Origin: Actinomycetes bacterium
GTDB taxonomy: Bacteria; Actinomycetota; Actinomycetes; Nanopelagicales; Nanopelagicaceae
Direction of reading: 5' to 3'
Assembly: GCA_037130455.1 (NCBI GenBank)
Contig: JBAXSZ010000005.1
Span: 374 to 64,373 of the forward strand
DNA length: 64,000 nucleotides
How positions within the stretch are numbered: the stretch's first letter is position 1; each line of letters starts with the position of its first letter. This document shows positions 19,311-28,542 of this stretch, in pieces. Position numbers and translations under genes: made by a program. The notes beneath the pieces are model-generated. The model did no database searches. It was not told where the DNA came from and worked only from the letters and a program-made list of their open reading frames with translations.

Positions 19311-19344
19311 TACACCAAATCAACCGATTGATGGCTTCAATCGG
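19311..19344 (-). terminator. Possible intrinsic terminator downstream of rpe
   Basis: Perfect 8-bp stem CCGATTGA/TCAATCGG (19324-19331 / 19337-19344) with a 5-nt loop. On the minus strand it is followed by UUGAUUUGG. The stem is only half GC and the U tract is interrupted. Confidence 0.3.
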
Positions 19345-19389
19345 GTCGCGGACTTTACCGCCGGTTCGGAATTACACCGACCCCCGGAA

Positions 19390-20064
19390 CTAGCCCAGTC
19401 TTACAGATTCCAAGACTTTTTTCATATCTAAAATCATTTGAGCCGGAATTGGGGCCTTAAATACCGCGCTACCAGCTACGAAAGTGTCTGCGCCTGCGTT
19501 TGCTGCAGTTTCGATGGTTGCCAGCGATATTCCGCCATCCACTTGGATCCATGGCCGTGGTGCGGGCATCAGATCAATAATTGTTCTGGCACTGGAAACT
19601 TTTGGCATCATCTCCGTCATAAAGGATTGCCCGCCAAACCCAGGCTCAACTGTCATTATTAAGAGCATGTCGATTTTGGAAAGTAGGTGACTTACTTCGG
19701 TGAGCGGAGTTTTGGGTTTGATCGCTAACCCGACACGTGATCCGTTCTCCTGAATTCGCTCAATTACTAATTCGGCGCTTGCTGTAGCTTCCCAATGAAA
19801 GGTGACGCTAGCTGCGCCAGCTTGACAATACCGAGCGACGGTCAATTCTGGTTCGGAAATCATGAGGTGCACATCTACGGGCAAAGGCGAAAAACCAATT
19901 ATTTCTTCGGATCTTTCGATATCGAAAGTTATATTGGGTACAAAAATATTGTCCATAATATCTAAGTGCAGATATTCGGAAACTGAAGATACTTTCAGAA
20001 TTTCACTTTCTAGATTGTTCAGGTCGGCATTGAGAATACTTGGACAAATACGCCACTCTTGCAT
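19390..20064 (-). CDS. rpe: Ribulose-phosphate 3-epimerase
   Basis: Motifs PSILNADL, HLDIMD and MTVEPGFGGQSF. I chose the ATG at 20064; the ORF track begins at a TTG two codons upstream. Confidence 0.9.
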   Translation of the reverse strand: MQEWRICPSILNADLNNLESEILKVSSVSEYLHLDIMDNIFVPNITFDIERSEEIIGFSPLPVDVHLMISEPELTVARYCQAGAASVTFHWEATASAELVIERIQENGSRVGLAIKPKTPLTEVSHLLSKIDMLLIMTVEPGFGGQSFMTEMMPKVSSARTIIDLMPAPRPWIQVDGGISLATIETAANAGADTFVAGSAVFKAPIPAQMILDMKKVLESVRLG

Positions 20065-20078
20065 ATGCAAATCGTACG

Positions 20079-21446
20079 CTATGCATTCTTCTGAAAGAGG
20101 GCCAAAAACATCGCGTCTGAGTTGTGTCTATGCGTCCACAATTGCAAGGTGCCATTGGCATTCACCGAATCAGGGGGAAGATCATGGAAATCGGAGACGT
20201 TAAGAAGTGAAACATTCTTATTGCGATGGAGGGTATCTAAAACTTGTGCAAAAGTTTCCGCCAAATGTGGTGAACAAGTGGAGTATCCGACGATTCCACC
20301 AGGATTGGTCATCTGTATAGCCGAATCAATGAGATCTCGCTGAAGCGGAACGAGTTCCTTAAGATCGGTCAGAGATTTGCGCCAACGAGCTTCCGGGCGT
20401 CGACGCAGCGCCCCCAGTCCAGTGCAAGGAGCATCGACCAAGATCCGATCATACGTTTGCGGGAAAAGTTCAGGATTTCGACCGTCGAAGGTGGAAATAA
20501 ATTGCCTGGGAATCACGCGGGCAACTAATTCCGCCCGATGCGGCGTAGGTTCGTTGGCGGTAAAGGAAAGAGATGAATCCTTGGCCATCAGCGAATTAAA
20601 TAGAAAGGCAGATTTTCCACCGGGGCCAGCGCACAAATCCAACCAGCTCTGGGCCGGGTTTTTGTCAATGGTGTCAAAGAATATTTCTGATACCAATTGC
20701 GAACCTAAGTCTTGAACACCTGCATGACGCTGGCGGATAGCCGGATAGTCCGATGGCTGGGTATTTGACTCAATTCCAAAACGGGTGAAATCTAGGACTT
20801 CTCCCCCAATGGCGAGCAATTCTTCTCGAGTTGATTTTCCGGGCCAGGCTACAAGATGCGGATGCGCTGCAACATTGTTAACCGCAAGTAACTCAATTAC
20901 AGAATCCCAGGATTTGAGCACATCGTAATAACTGTTAATGATCCACTCCGGATGGGAGTATTGAATTGATAACTTGGTTACAAAATCATATTTAGTGTCA
21001 TCTTCAAGCACCCCGAAAATATCGGAATCGGAACTGATGGCGCGAAGTAAGGCGTTGACATATGAAGCTTTAGATTCGCCAGCTACAAATCGTGCAACTT
21101 CAACAGTCTCCGAAACAGCGGCATGAGTAGGGACACGCATTTGGAAAATTTGGTGACAACCCATGCGTAAAAGATCAACGATCTTTGGATCCAACTCTTC
21201 AATCGGTCGATCAATTTTGGAACTTATGGCAAAATCATATTTGCCTTGCATACGCAGAGTTCCATAACTTAACTCAGTTGCAAAGGCGCGATCACGAAGT
21301 TCCAGATTAGATTCGGTAAGCAATTGCGGTAGGCGGATATTTGCAAAAGCGCCTGATCTATTAACTTCGGTTATCAAATCGTAGGCTAGTAACCGCGCAT
21401 GATTGGGTCTGGGCTTTTTAAAATTTTTACTATCTGATGACATCAA
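20079..21446 (-). CDS. rsmB: 16S rRNA (cytosine967-C5)-methyltransferase RsmB/Sun
   Basis: 455 aa with an N-terminal NusB-like domain, SAM site DLCAGPGGKS, and catalytic DAPCTGLG and YSTCS. Confidence 0.85.
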   Translation of the reverse strand: MMSSDSKNFKKPRPNHARLLAYDLITEVNRSGAFANIRLPQLLTESNLELRDRAFATELSYGTLRMQGKYDFAISSKIDRPIEELDPKIVDLLRMGCHQIFQMRVPTHAAVSETVEVARFVAGESKASYVNALLRAISSDSDIFGVLEDDTKYDFVTKLSIQYSHPEWIINSYYDVLKSWDSVIELLAVNNVAAHPHLVAWPGKSTREELLAIGGEVLDFTRFGIESNTQPSDYPAIRQRHAGVQDLGSQLVSEIFFDTIDKNPAQSWLDLCAGPGGKSAFLFNSLMAKDSSLSFTANEPTPHRAELVARVIPRQFISTFDGRNPELFPQTYDRILVDAPCTGLGALRRRPEARWRKSLTDLKELVPLQRDLIDSAIQMTNPGGIVGYSTCSPHLAETFAQVLDTLHRNKNVSLLNVSDFHDLPPDSVNANGTLQLWTHRHNSDAMFLALFQKNA

Positions 21447-22359
21447 GATTCTCTCCAGGGAGCAATCTCGCCCCTCTTAAGAAATCAACCGACTTCATGC
21501 GACGTTTGCCAGCTGGAGTTACCTCACTTATAGCGATAAAGCCATCGCCGGCTTTAACTACCAATCCACATTCTGACTCTTCGATCGCACCATTCTTGGT
21601 TGAACCCTTTATTGGACTAGTGAGGTTTAATCCATGCAAGCCGATTTTTTCGCCGCGAAAAGTTGACCAAATTCCAGGTTTATCCCCGATAGCGCGGTCT
21701 TGAAATAGAATTTGGGCGGTCGACAAATCCCATTGCACCTGTCCCATTTCTTTTGTGATTTTTGGGGCTAAAGTCGCCCCCGTTGCCGGTTGCGCTTTCG
21801 GTTTAATCCCCTTGGAAATCTCATCGACAACGCTCATGATGACCTCTCCTCCCAATATGCTCATTCTCTCTAGGAGTTCTGGGGTGCGCTCAAATTCCCG
21901 AATGGCAATTTTCTCTTGGAGGTATATCGGGCCAGTATCCATTCCTTTATCCAACTTAAAAATTGAAATACCAGTCTCTTCTTCCCCACTCAAAAGTGCC
22001 CATTGAACCGGAGCGGCTCCGCGCCATTTTGGTAGCAGTGAGAAATGCAGATTGAGCCAGCCAAACCTAGGTCCATGGAGAAGTTCGACAGGAATCAACT
22101 TCCCGTATGCCGCAGTAATCACCAACTGTGGTTGAGCCGTCAGTAAATGGCGGTTAAGTTCGGAATTATCTGCCGGTTTGGAAAGTGGCAGGTTGCGCGT
22201 TTCTGCCCATTGGGCTAATTCGTTTGCCGCTACTTTCAGACCTCGCCCACTCTTTTGATCGGGATTGGAAATAATAGACGCCAAATTGTGTTGCGAATTC
22301 AGAACCGCCTCAATAAAGGGAACTGAGATAAGGGATGAGGATGCTACGGAAATTTGCAT
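21430..22359 (-). CDS. fmt: Methionyl-tRNA formyltransferase
   Basis: 309 aa with the HFSLLPKWRGAAPVQ motif. It sits in the def-fmt pair. Confidence 0.9.
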   Translation of the reverse strand: MQISVASSSLISVPFIEAVLNSQHNLASIISNPDQKSGRGLKVAANELAQWAETRNLPLSKPADNSELNRHLLTAQPQLVITAAYGKLIPVELLHGPRFGWLNLHFSLLPKWRGAAPVQWALLSGEEETGISIFKLDKGMDTGPIYLQEKIAIREFERTPELLERMSILGGEVIMSVVDEISKGIKPKAQPATGATLAPKITKEMGQVQWDLSTAQILFQDRAIGDKPGIWSTFRGEKIGLHGLNLTSPIKGSTKNGAIEESECGLVVKAGDGFIAISEVTPAGKRRMKSVDFLRGARLLPGENLDVIR

Positions 22360-22365
22360 TGAAGA

Positions 22366-22926
22366 CTAAATACTTAAACCGAAGGTGTTATGCGGAGATA
22401 CTTTCAGCTGGAGTTCTTGGCCAGCCTCTTGCAAAGTTCCAAACCAGTCGGAATTGCGGATCTCTTTCATGGCTTTCTTGCGCTCCGACTTGCTCAATCG
22501 ATCAATGAATACAATTCCATCTAGGTGGTCGGTCTCATGCTGTAGGCAACGGGCTAAAAGCTCGGTTCCATCTACGGTAATTGGATCGCCGTACATATTG
22601 AACCCTCTGGCAACTGCCCCATAGGCCCGCTTGGTTTCGTAGAGCAATCCAGGAAAGCTCAGACAACCTTCGTCGCCATCTTGTTCATCACTGGACAAGT
22701 CCAATGTTGGATTGATCAAATGGCCCACAACATCGTCAATGTCCCACACGAAGACCCGCAACGAAACTCCAATTTGTGGTGCAGCCAAACCAGCACCTGG
22801 AGCCTCATGCATTGTGTCGATCAAATCCTCAACCAAAATTCTCAATTCCTTGTCAAAAGTATCGACCGGAATAGCCGGAGTGGCCAAAACTGGGTCTCCG
22901 AAGAATCTAATTGGTTGTATCGCCAT
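22366..22926 (-). CDS. def: Peptide deformylase
   Basis: 186 aa with GAGLAAPQIG, EGCLSFPG and QHETDHLDG, the three PDF motifs. Confidence 0.92.
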   Translation of the reverse strand: MAIQPIRFFGDPVLATPAIPVDTFDKELRILVEDLIDTMHEAPGAGLAAPQIGVSLRVFVWDIDDVVGHLINPTLDLSSDEQDGDEGCLSFPGLLYETKRAYGAVARGFNMYGDPITVDGTELLARCLQHETDHLDGIVFIDRLSKSERKKAMKEIRNSDWFGTLQEAGQELQLKVSPHNTFGLSI

Positions 22927-22956
22927 TAGTGAATTCTATCGGTATTCATGCAAGCC

Positions 22957-24876
22957 CTAAATCGAGTAGGGGTCCAACCGAACCTGGATTAACGATTGAT
23001 TCTTCAGGGAGCGATATCTCTGAAAATCGAAAAGGAAAGTGGCCAATTCCTGCCCATTTTCCACGCGAGCGAGCAGAATCAACCTGGCGCGATCACCCGA
23101 GATCGGAACTGGTCCAAGAAGTGAAAATTGATCACTTCGTGAAAATGCCTCGTAAATCTTATTCATCTGCGCACTTTCGCCTTCTACAGTGGCCACTCGA
23201 AAAGCTGGCGGAAGTCCGGCCTCGATTCTGTGGGCCAATTCTTGCGATGCGGCCAGGAGCGAGTCGCTTTTGACTAAGCCTTGGACAGCTGGATGAGCTA
23301 TGGGTAAAGAGGTGAATATCTCTGACTCTGGTTCTAAAAGTGACAGGATTCGAAACCATCGGTCCCGGGCCTGTTCCTCTCCGCGTAACTGGGTGCGATT
23401 AAAAATGACTTGGCCATCCAAGAGAGCTGCTCCGAAGTAAGGCCCCTCAGGTTCCATTCCCGCAGTTGCGATAACTAATGAAGTGCCAGTCGGAAGTCGG
23501 TGTACTGGTTTATCGCCAGTGGAAAAGATCACCCGCACGTTGGCAAAGGCACGCGCATAATCTTGAGCCATCTTCTTTGCGCCTCTATGGATAATCCATG
23601 GGCGGCTATCTTGGCACCACGTGCATTTCCAATCTTGATACTCTTTCTTACAGATACCGCATGAAATTACCGAGATATCGCTGATGATTAAACGACCGCC
23701 ACACACACATAGTGCAGGATTCTTACAAGCCTGGCATAGAAAACCAGTGACGTAACCTGGATCAGCCACACTCACTAGCACTGAACCCTTTTTGAGAGCA
23801 TGGCTGATAACCGTGAAACTATCCCTGCCGGAGTCTTCCGCAAAAACTTTTACCCTATGTCGATGTGAAGATCGCTGCACTTTTAGCCATCCCATTTGGG
23901 CTAAACGCGTTAATTCCAAGGTCGGCGAATTGCTGATAAATAGTACTGAGTGTTCTGCTGAACGTAACAAAACTATGTCCCTAACGTTCCATCCAGGATT
24001 TCTACGCTCGTACATTGACTCATCGAGATCATCTATAACCACTATGAGAGAATTCTTGACGAGAGCGGTAAAAACTGCACTTCTTGTGCCGATTATGACC
24101 CGAGGCTTAAGTAAGTTCGCCTCTAAGAAATTGCGATAGCGTTCGGATTTGGACAAATGCGAACCAAGGACCACAGACTTTACGTCCAGTGCACTATCGA
24201 TGGCTACTTGGGTTCTCAATAAGAGTTTCTCATCGGGCACTATTACTAAAATTTGTCGGGATCTATTCCAATTCGAGAGTATCGATTTCAAAACTTTTTG
24301 AGTTGACCAACCAACTGAGGTGAGTGCCAGCCAACGAATTGGGCGATCGTTTTTGATCTCCAAACTGGCTGAAGGCGAAAGAAATGAATCAACTGTCTTG
24401 GTAGGTGTCGTTGGTATCTCATATTTCGATGAACCATTCGGAGATTTCGCTATAACGGAAGTGGTAAATGCCTTCTCTGCCACCGCAACGCGATCGGGAA
24501 TAGTACTTCTGATGATCTCCCAAGGTTTTGTTCCGTAACGGGAAGAAACCGCGGAAATCAACTGATGAAGTTCTGGTGAATAGATAGGCAGGGGTGAGAT
24601 GACCTTCTCAATAAATTTTAGGCTACCCATTGAACTTTCGTAATTAACCCGATCCAGCACGTAACCCACGGTTTCCAGGCTTCCGAAATGAATCTTCACC
24701 AACGATCCAATAGATATTTCATCACTCATAGAGTGCGGAACGCGATAACTATATTTCCCGTCCAAGTGGAAAGTCGGCGTATCAACTAGAACTTCTACAA
24801 CGCTTGGCTCGGCCGCAACGTCGATAGCGCCGGCATACTTTTGCGACTTTAAGGTGAGTGGCCGATCAGTAGCCAC
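22957..24876 (-). CDS. priA: Primosomal protein N' (PriA) homologue with degenerate helicase motifs
   Basis: 639 aa with a PriA-type N-terminal region and a Cys-rich zinc region (CQACKNPALCVCGG...CGICKKEYQDWKCTWC). It occupies the syntenic position between metK and def. No GxxGxGK[ST] P-loop is present (see findings). Confidence 0.8.
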   Translation of the reverse strand: MATDRPLTLKSQKYAGAIDVAAEPSVVEVLVDTPTFHLDGKYSYRVPHSMSDEISIGSLVKIHFGSLETVGYVLDRVNYESSMGSLKFIEKVISPLPIYSPELHQLISAVSSRYGTKPWEIIRSTIPDRVAVAEKAFTTSVIAKSPNGSSKYEIPTTPTKTVDSFLSPSASLEIKNDRPIRWLALTSVGWSTQKVLKSILSNWNRSRQILVIVPDEKLLLRTQVAIDSALDVKSVVLGSHLSKSERYRNFLEANLLKPRVIIGTRSAVFTALVKNSLIVVIDDLDESMYERRNPGWNVRDIVLLRSAEHSVLFISNSPTLELTRLAQMGWLKVQRSSHRHRVKVFAEDSGRDSFTVISHALKKGSVLVSVADPGYVTGFLCQACKNPALCVCGGRLIISDISVISCGICKKEYQDWKCTWCQDSRPWIIHRGAKKMAQDYARAFANVRVIFSTGDKPVHRLPTGTSLVIATAGMEPEGPYFGAALLDGQVIFNRTQLRGEEQARDRWFRILSLLEPESEIFTSLPIAHPAVQGLVKSDSLLAASQELAHRIEAGLPPAFRVATVEGESAQMNKIYEAFSRSDQFSLLGPVPISGDRARLILLARVENGQELATFLFDFQRYRSLKNQSLIQVRLDPYSI

Positions 24877-24882
24877 GGTCAG

Positions 24883-26076
24883 TTAGCCTTTTACGGCGCG
24901 CGCAAGGGAATCGGCGCGGTCGATTCTCTCCCAGGTGAATTCCGGAAGTTCCCTACCAAAGTGTCCATAACTGCTAGTTAAGCCGTAGATAGGGCGCAGT
25001 AAATCTAAGTCTCGAATAATCGCTGCTGGGCGGAGATCGAAGACAACGTTGATGGCATCTGCAATTTGATCTACTGGAACTTTTTCGGTACCAAAAGTTT
25101 CAACAAACAATCCGACAGGTTGGGCCTTTCCAATGGCATAGGCAACTTGGACTTCACATTTTGTGGCTAGTCCTGCGGCAACAACATTCTTTGCGACCCA
25201 CCGCATTGCATAGGCTGCAGAACGATCTACTTTAGAAGGATCTTTTCCAGAGAAGGCACCCCCACCGTGACGAGCCATCCCACCATAAGTATCCACAATA
25301 ATTTTTCGGCCAGTAAGACCCGCATCGCCCATTGGTCCACCAATAACAAAGCGACCCGTCGGATTAATGAGGGTTCTCACGTTAGAGGTATCGATATTTA
25401 AGTCGGAAATTATGGCATCAATGACATAGCGAGAAACATCTGGAGCTAGGGTTGTATCAATATCGACACTTGGAGAATGCTGGGTCGAAATAACCACAGT
25501 ATTCAAGGCAATTGCTTGACCATGTGAATATTCAATAGTGACTTGAGTTTTTCCATCGGGCCGCAAATAATCCAGTACGCCACTTTTACGTACTTCTGAA
25601 AGTTTTTGAGAGAGACGATGTGCCAAAGAAATAGGTAGTGGCATCAACTCTGGAGTGTCATCGCATGCATATCCAAACATCAAACCTTGATCGCCTGCGC
25701 CTTGAATATCTAATGGATCTTGAGATGAAGAAATGCGTTGCTCAAAAGCGGCGTCCACACCTTGGGCAATGTCTTGCGATTGCTGACCAATAGAAAGAGA
25801 TACTCCACAGGAATTTCCGTCAAAACCCTTTTCGGAAGAATCGTAGCCAATCCGTAGCACCGTATCTCGGACAATCGTCATCACATCGGCATAACCTTGC
25901 GTGGTGACTTCGCCAGCGACATGGACCTGACCAGTAGTAATCAAAGTTTCTACGGCAACTCGACTGGCGCTATCTTGGCTCAACAAAGAATCCAATATCG
26001 CATCCGAAATTTGATCAGCCATCTTGTCGGGATGGCCTTCAGTAACAGACTCTGAAGTAAAAAGGCGCTTAGTCAT
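24883..26076 (-). CDS. metK: S-adenosylmethionine synthase
   Basis: 397 aa with [23 protein letters not shown] and [16 protein letters not shown]. Confidence 0.95.
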   Translation of the reverse strand: MTKRLFTSESVTEGHPDKMADQISDAILDSLLSQDSASRVAVETLITTGQVHVAGEVTTQGYADVMTIVRDTVLRIGYDSSEKGFDGNSCGVSLSIGQQSQDIAQGVDAAFEQRISSSQDPLDIQGAGDQGLMFGYACDDTPELMPLPISLAHRLSQKLSEVRKSGVLDYLRPDGKTQVTIEYSHGQAIALNTVVISTQHSPSVDIDTTLAPDVSRYVIDAIISDLNIDTSNVRTLINPTGRFVIGGPMGDAGLTGRKIIVDTYGGMARHGGGAFSGKDPSKVDRSAAYAMRWVAKNVVAAGLATKCEVQVAYAIGKAQPVGLFVETFGTEKVPVDQIADAINVVFDLRPAAIIRDLDLLRPIYGLTSSYGHFGRELPEFTWERIDRADSLARAVKG

Positions 26077-27310
26077 TGGGGTAACCTAACTTAGAAACGA
26101 TGCGATCCAAAAGCAGATCTGCCAAGACGATCTTCGACCCAGCCTGAAAAAAGTAAGGTTGCTCTGTGGCATCGACAATCCAACCAGTGGAATCATCATC
26201 GCCAAAAATTCGTCCTTGCGAGACATCGTTGACATAGAGAAGATCAATTCCTTTAGCATTCAATTTTAGAGAACCTTTATCCTGAATATCTCCTGCAGTC
26301 TCTGCGGCAAATCCCACCAGGATTTGTTTCGTGCTACGAGATTCTGACAAGTGCTTCAAAATGTCGGGATTGGTTTCCAGCTCCAAGATCTGGAATTTCT
26401 CTTTGCTAATCTTTTCCTCGCTGCGATGAATGGGACGGGCATCAGCGACGGCGGCACTCATGATTACCGCATCAGCGACGGTTGCCAATTCTTTAACTTT
26501 CGTGAACATTTCGGATGTGGACTCAACTCGATGCATCCGCACACCTTCGATATCTGCAAGTTCTGAGTTTGCTGCCACTAAATCCACTAAAGCTCCGCGA
26601 CGAACTGCAGCCAGAGCCAAGGCGAATCCTTGCTTTCCAGAGGATCGGTTCCCGATAAAACGAACCGGGTCAATAGCCTCTCTGGTGCCACCTGCGGTGA
26701 TGAGAATTCGTTGTCCACGAAGGTCGGCCTTTCGACCAAAGATTTCTGCGACAGTATCTAGAATTCGATGGCTCTCGGGGAATCGTCCCTGGCCTACATC
26801 TGACCCGGTCAACGCTCCAACATCGGGTTCTAAGACCGTAATTCCGCGACCACGAAGATTTTGTACATTTGCGATTGTTGCTGGATTGAGCCACATTTCT
26901 GGGTGCATAGCCGGAACCAAGAGCAGCGGCGCCTTGCTCGCCAGGACTACATTGGTCAAAAGATCATCGGCTCGACCCGAGCTCAACCGAGCCAGTAGAT
27001 CCGCAGTCGTAGGGGCAATGACGATCATTGACGCCTTCTTGGCCAGTTGGATATGCGGCACTTGATGAACATTATTCCAAAGATTGGTTTCGACCCTACG
27101 ACCAGAAAGGGCTTCCCACGTAGCGCTCCCGACAAAGTTGAGGCTGTTCTGAGTGGGAATGACGGTGACTAAATAGCCAGACTCTTTAAGACGTCGAAGC
27201 AAATCACAAGCTTTATAAGCGGCAATTCCACCGCCGACACCAAGAATAATCTCACGCCCCAGAGCCAGGCTTTCTGGACGGTTATTGGGGGTAGAACTCT
27301 CCTGCGTCAT
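26069..27310 (-). CDS. coaBC: Bifunctional phosphopantothenoylcysteine decarboxylase / phosphopantothenate-cysteine ligase
   Basis: 413 aa with an N-terminal flavoprotein domain ([10 protein letters not shown]) and a C-terminal CoaB domain ([25 protein letters not shown]). Confidence 0.9.
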   Translation of the reverse strand: MTQESSTPNNRPESLALGREIILGVGGGIAAYKACDLLRRLKESGYLVTVIPTQNSLNFVGSATWEALSGRRVETNLWNNVHQVPHIQLAKKASMIVIAPTTADLLARLSSGRADDLLTNVVLASKAPLLLVPAMHPEMWLNPATIANVQNLRGRGITVLEPDVGALTGSDVGQGRFPESHRILDTVAEIFGRKADLRGQRILITAGGTREAIDPVRFIGNRSSGKQGFALALAAVRRGALVDLVAANSELADIEGVRMHRVESTSEMFTKVKELATVADAVIMSAAVADARPIHRSEEKISKEKFQILELETNPDILKHLSESRSTKQILVGFAAETAGDIQDKGSLKLNAKGIDLLYVNDVSQGRIFGDDDSTGWIVDATEQPYFFQAGSKIVLADLLLDRIVSKLGYPND

Positions 27311-27324
27311 CGCGATTGGCAGAT

Positions 27325-27615
27325 TTAGACGGCTTCGGGAGCCTTAGGTTCCAACTCCGGAGCCTTAGGTTCCAAATTCTCGATGGTCAAGAGGCCTTCA
27401 TTGATCTCGCGCAAGGCGATAGAGAGTGGTTTTTCATGTACATAAGTGTCGACCAATGGCCCCACATACTCAAGTAGCCCCTCACCTAACTGGGAATAGT
27501 AGGCATTGATCTGGCGGGCCCGCTTGGCTGCATAAAGGACCAAGCTGTATTTCGATCCGGCTTTATCTAGCAACTCATCTATCGGAGGATTGGTGATGCC
27601 ATCCATGTTGCTCAT
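27325..27615 (-). CDS. rpoZ: DNA-directed RNA polymerase subunit omega
   Basis: 96 aa with [17 protein letters not shown]. It sits in the gmk-rpoZ-coaBC synteny. The C-terminal tail contains a tandem LEPKAPE repeat. Confidence 0.85.
   Translation of the reverse strand: MSNMDGITNPPIDELLDKAGSKYSLVLYAAKRARQINAYYSQLGEGLLEYVGPLVDTYVHEKPLSIALREINEGLLTIENLEPKAPELEPKAPEAV
27338..27375. repeat. 21-nt period tandem direct repeat (two copies, 17 nt identical) inside the rpoZ 3' end
   Basis: GGAGCCTTAGGTTCCAA occurs at 27338-27354 and again at 27359-27375. It encodes (L)EPKAPE twice at the RpoZ C-terminus. Confidence 0.9.
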
Positions 27616-27649
27616 AAAAAACCCCTACCTAAAAATTAGCGTGATTGAC

Positions 27650-28540
27650 CTAGGAAACCTGATGAGAAGTTGCCAATGCTACCAGTTGAGCGACAACATC
27701 TTCGACCTGAGAATTCACCAAGGTATGGTCAAATTCGGTCGCAGCGGCCATTTCGGCGGCACCGAGCGCCAATCGTGCGGCTTGGCGTTCAGCGCTATCG
27801 CTTCCACGTGCGGCTAAGCGGTTTTGGAGTTCTTCCCAAGAAGGAGGAGCAATGAAGATGAGAAGAGCTGATGGGTCTGCCGAGCGAACTTGGCGAGCCC
27901 CTTCGATCTCAATTTCAAGGAGAACATGCTTTCCAATTGCCCGCCACTCTTGGATAGGGTGTTTTGGAGTCCCATATCGGGCGCCGGCAAATTCGGCCCA
28001 CTCCAGAAACTCCCCGGCCGCTACCATCTGCGTGAATTTCTGCTCAGAAAGAAAAAAATAATCGACCCCGTTGCTTTCTGAAGCACGAGGAGCTCGTGTC
28101 GTTGCAGAAACGCTCACCCAAAATCTAGGGTCAGTACGTAAGGCACTGGTGATAGTGCTCTTCCCGACTCCGCCTGGACCTGACATCACAATGAGTAAAC
28201 CTGGCGGGGTATCAACCTTTAACAATGCACTCTCTTTTCCTAATGCCAGCAGCTGATGCCTGCCTAAGCCACCAAGTCTACGCGATGGTGAAATAGCATT
28301 TCGAACCATGATTGTCTCGCAGCGAGTAGGACCTATGCCAGCTACTGCGGAAAGTAACTCTTTTACCCGCATCCGTTGGATCGCTTGCCTTGGATCATTA
28401 AGAATTTGAAAGAACGAGAGCTTTCCTGCCGACAAACCTTCTTTGACTTCTGCCCGTGTCCTTCTGCTCAGGGCCGCATTGGCTACCGCTTTGGCGCGCA
28501 CTTCTGCCGAAATCTTTGGTGGAAGAAAACTAGAGCTCAT
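27650..28540 (-). CDS. gmk: Fusion protein: actinobacterial integration host factor (mIHF/sIHF) domain + guanylate kinase
   Basis: Single uninterrupted 296-aa ORF. Residues 1 to about 105 resemble mIHF/sIHF (RRTRAEVKEGL...MRVKELLSAVAGIGPTRCETIM...SRRLGGLGRHQLLAL). Residues from about 112 to 296 are Gmk (P-loop SGPGGVGKST, SATTRAPRASESNGVDYFF, EIEIEGARQV). Confidence 0.8.
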   Translation of the reverse strand: MSSSFLPPKISAEVRAKAVANAALSRRTRAEVKEGLSAGKLSFFQILNDPRQAIQRMRVKELLSAVAGIGPTRCETIMVRNAISPSRRLGGLGRHQLLALGKESALLKVDTPPGLLIVMSGPGGVGKSTITSALRTDPRFWVSVSATTRAPRASESNGVDYFFLSEQKFTQMVAAGEFLEWAEFAGARYGTPKHPIQEWRAIGKHVLLEIEIEGARQVRSADPSALLIFIAPPSWEELQNRLAARGSDSAERQAARLALGAAEMAAATEFDHTLVNSQVEDVVAQLVALATSHQVS

Positions 28541-28542
28541 TA

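Noticed and set aside
19259-19389. TPP, FMN or NAD riboswitch in front of pnuC
   Set aside because: Only a short CUGGAUAA resemblance to the TPP aptamer was seen. The CUGAGA element and the conserved helices are not recognisable by eye. It cannot be called without a covariance-model scan, so it is listed only as an unexplained leader.
26430-27065. A 211-aa plus-strand ORF in the track, and similar long ORFs at 16151-16726 (191 aa), 13474-13950 (158 aa) and 3422-3865 (147 aa)
   Set aside because: Each lies entirely antisense to, or across the junction of, a confidently identified gene (coaBC, serB, DUF554, metH/mshC). Their translations are low-complexity Ala/Ser/Arg/Pro/Thr-rich with no recognisable motifs. 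This is typical of shadow ORFs opposite real genes.
27338-27375. Possible CRISPR or other repeat array
   Set aside because: There are only two copies, in frame and inside rpoZ. There are no spacers and no cas genes in the window.
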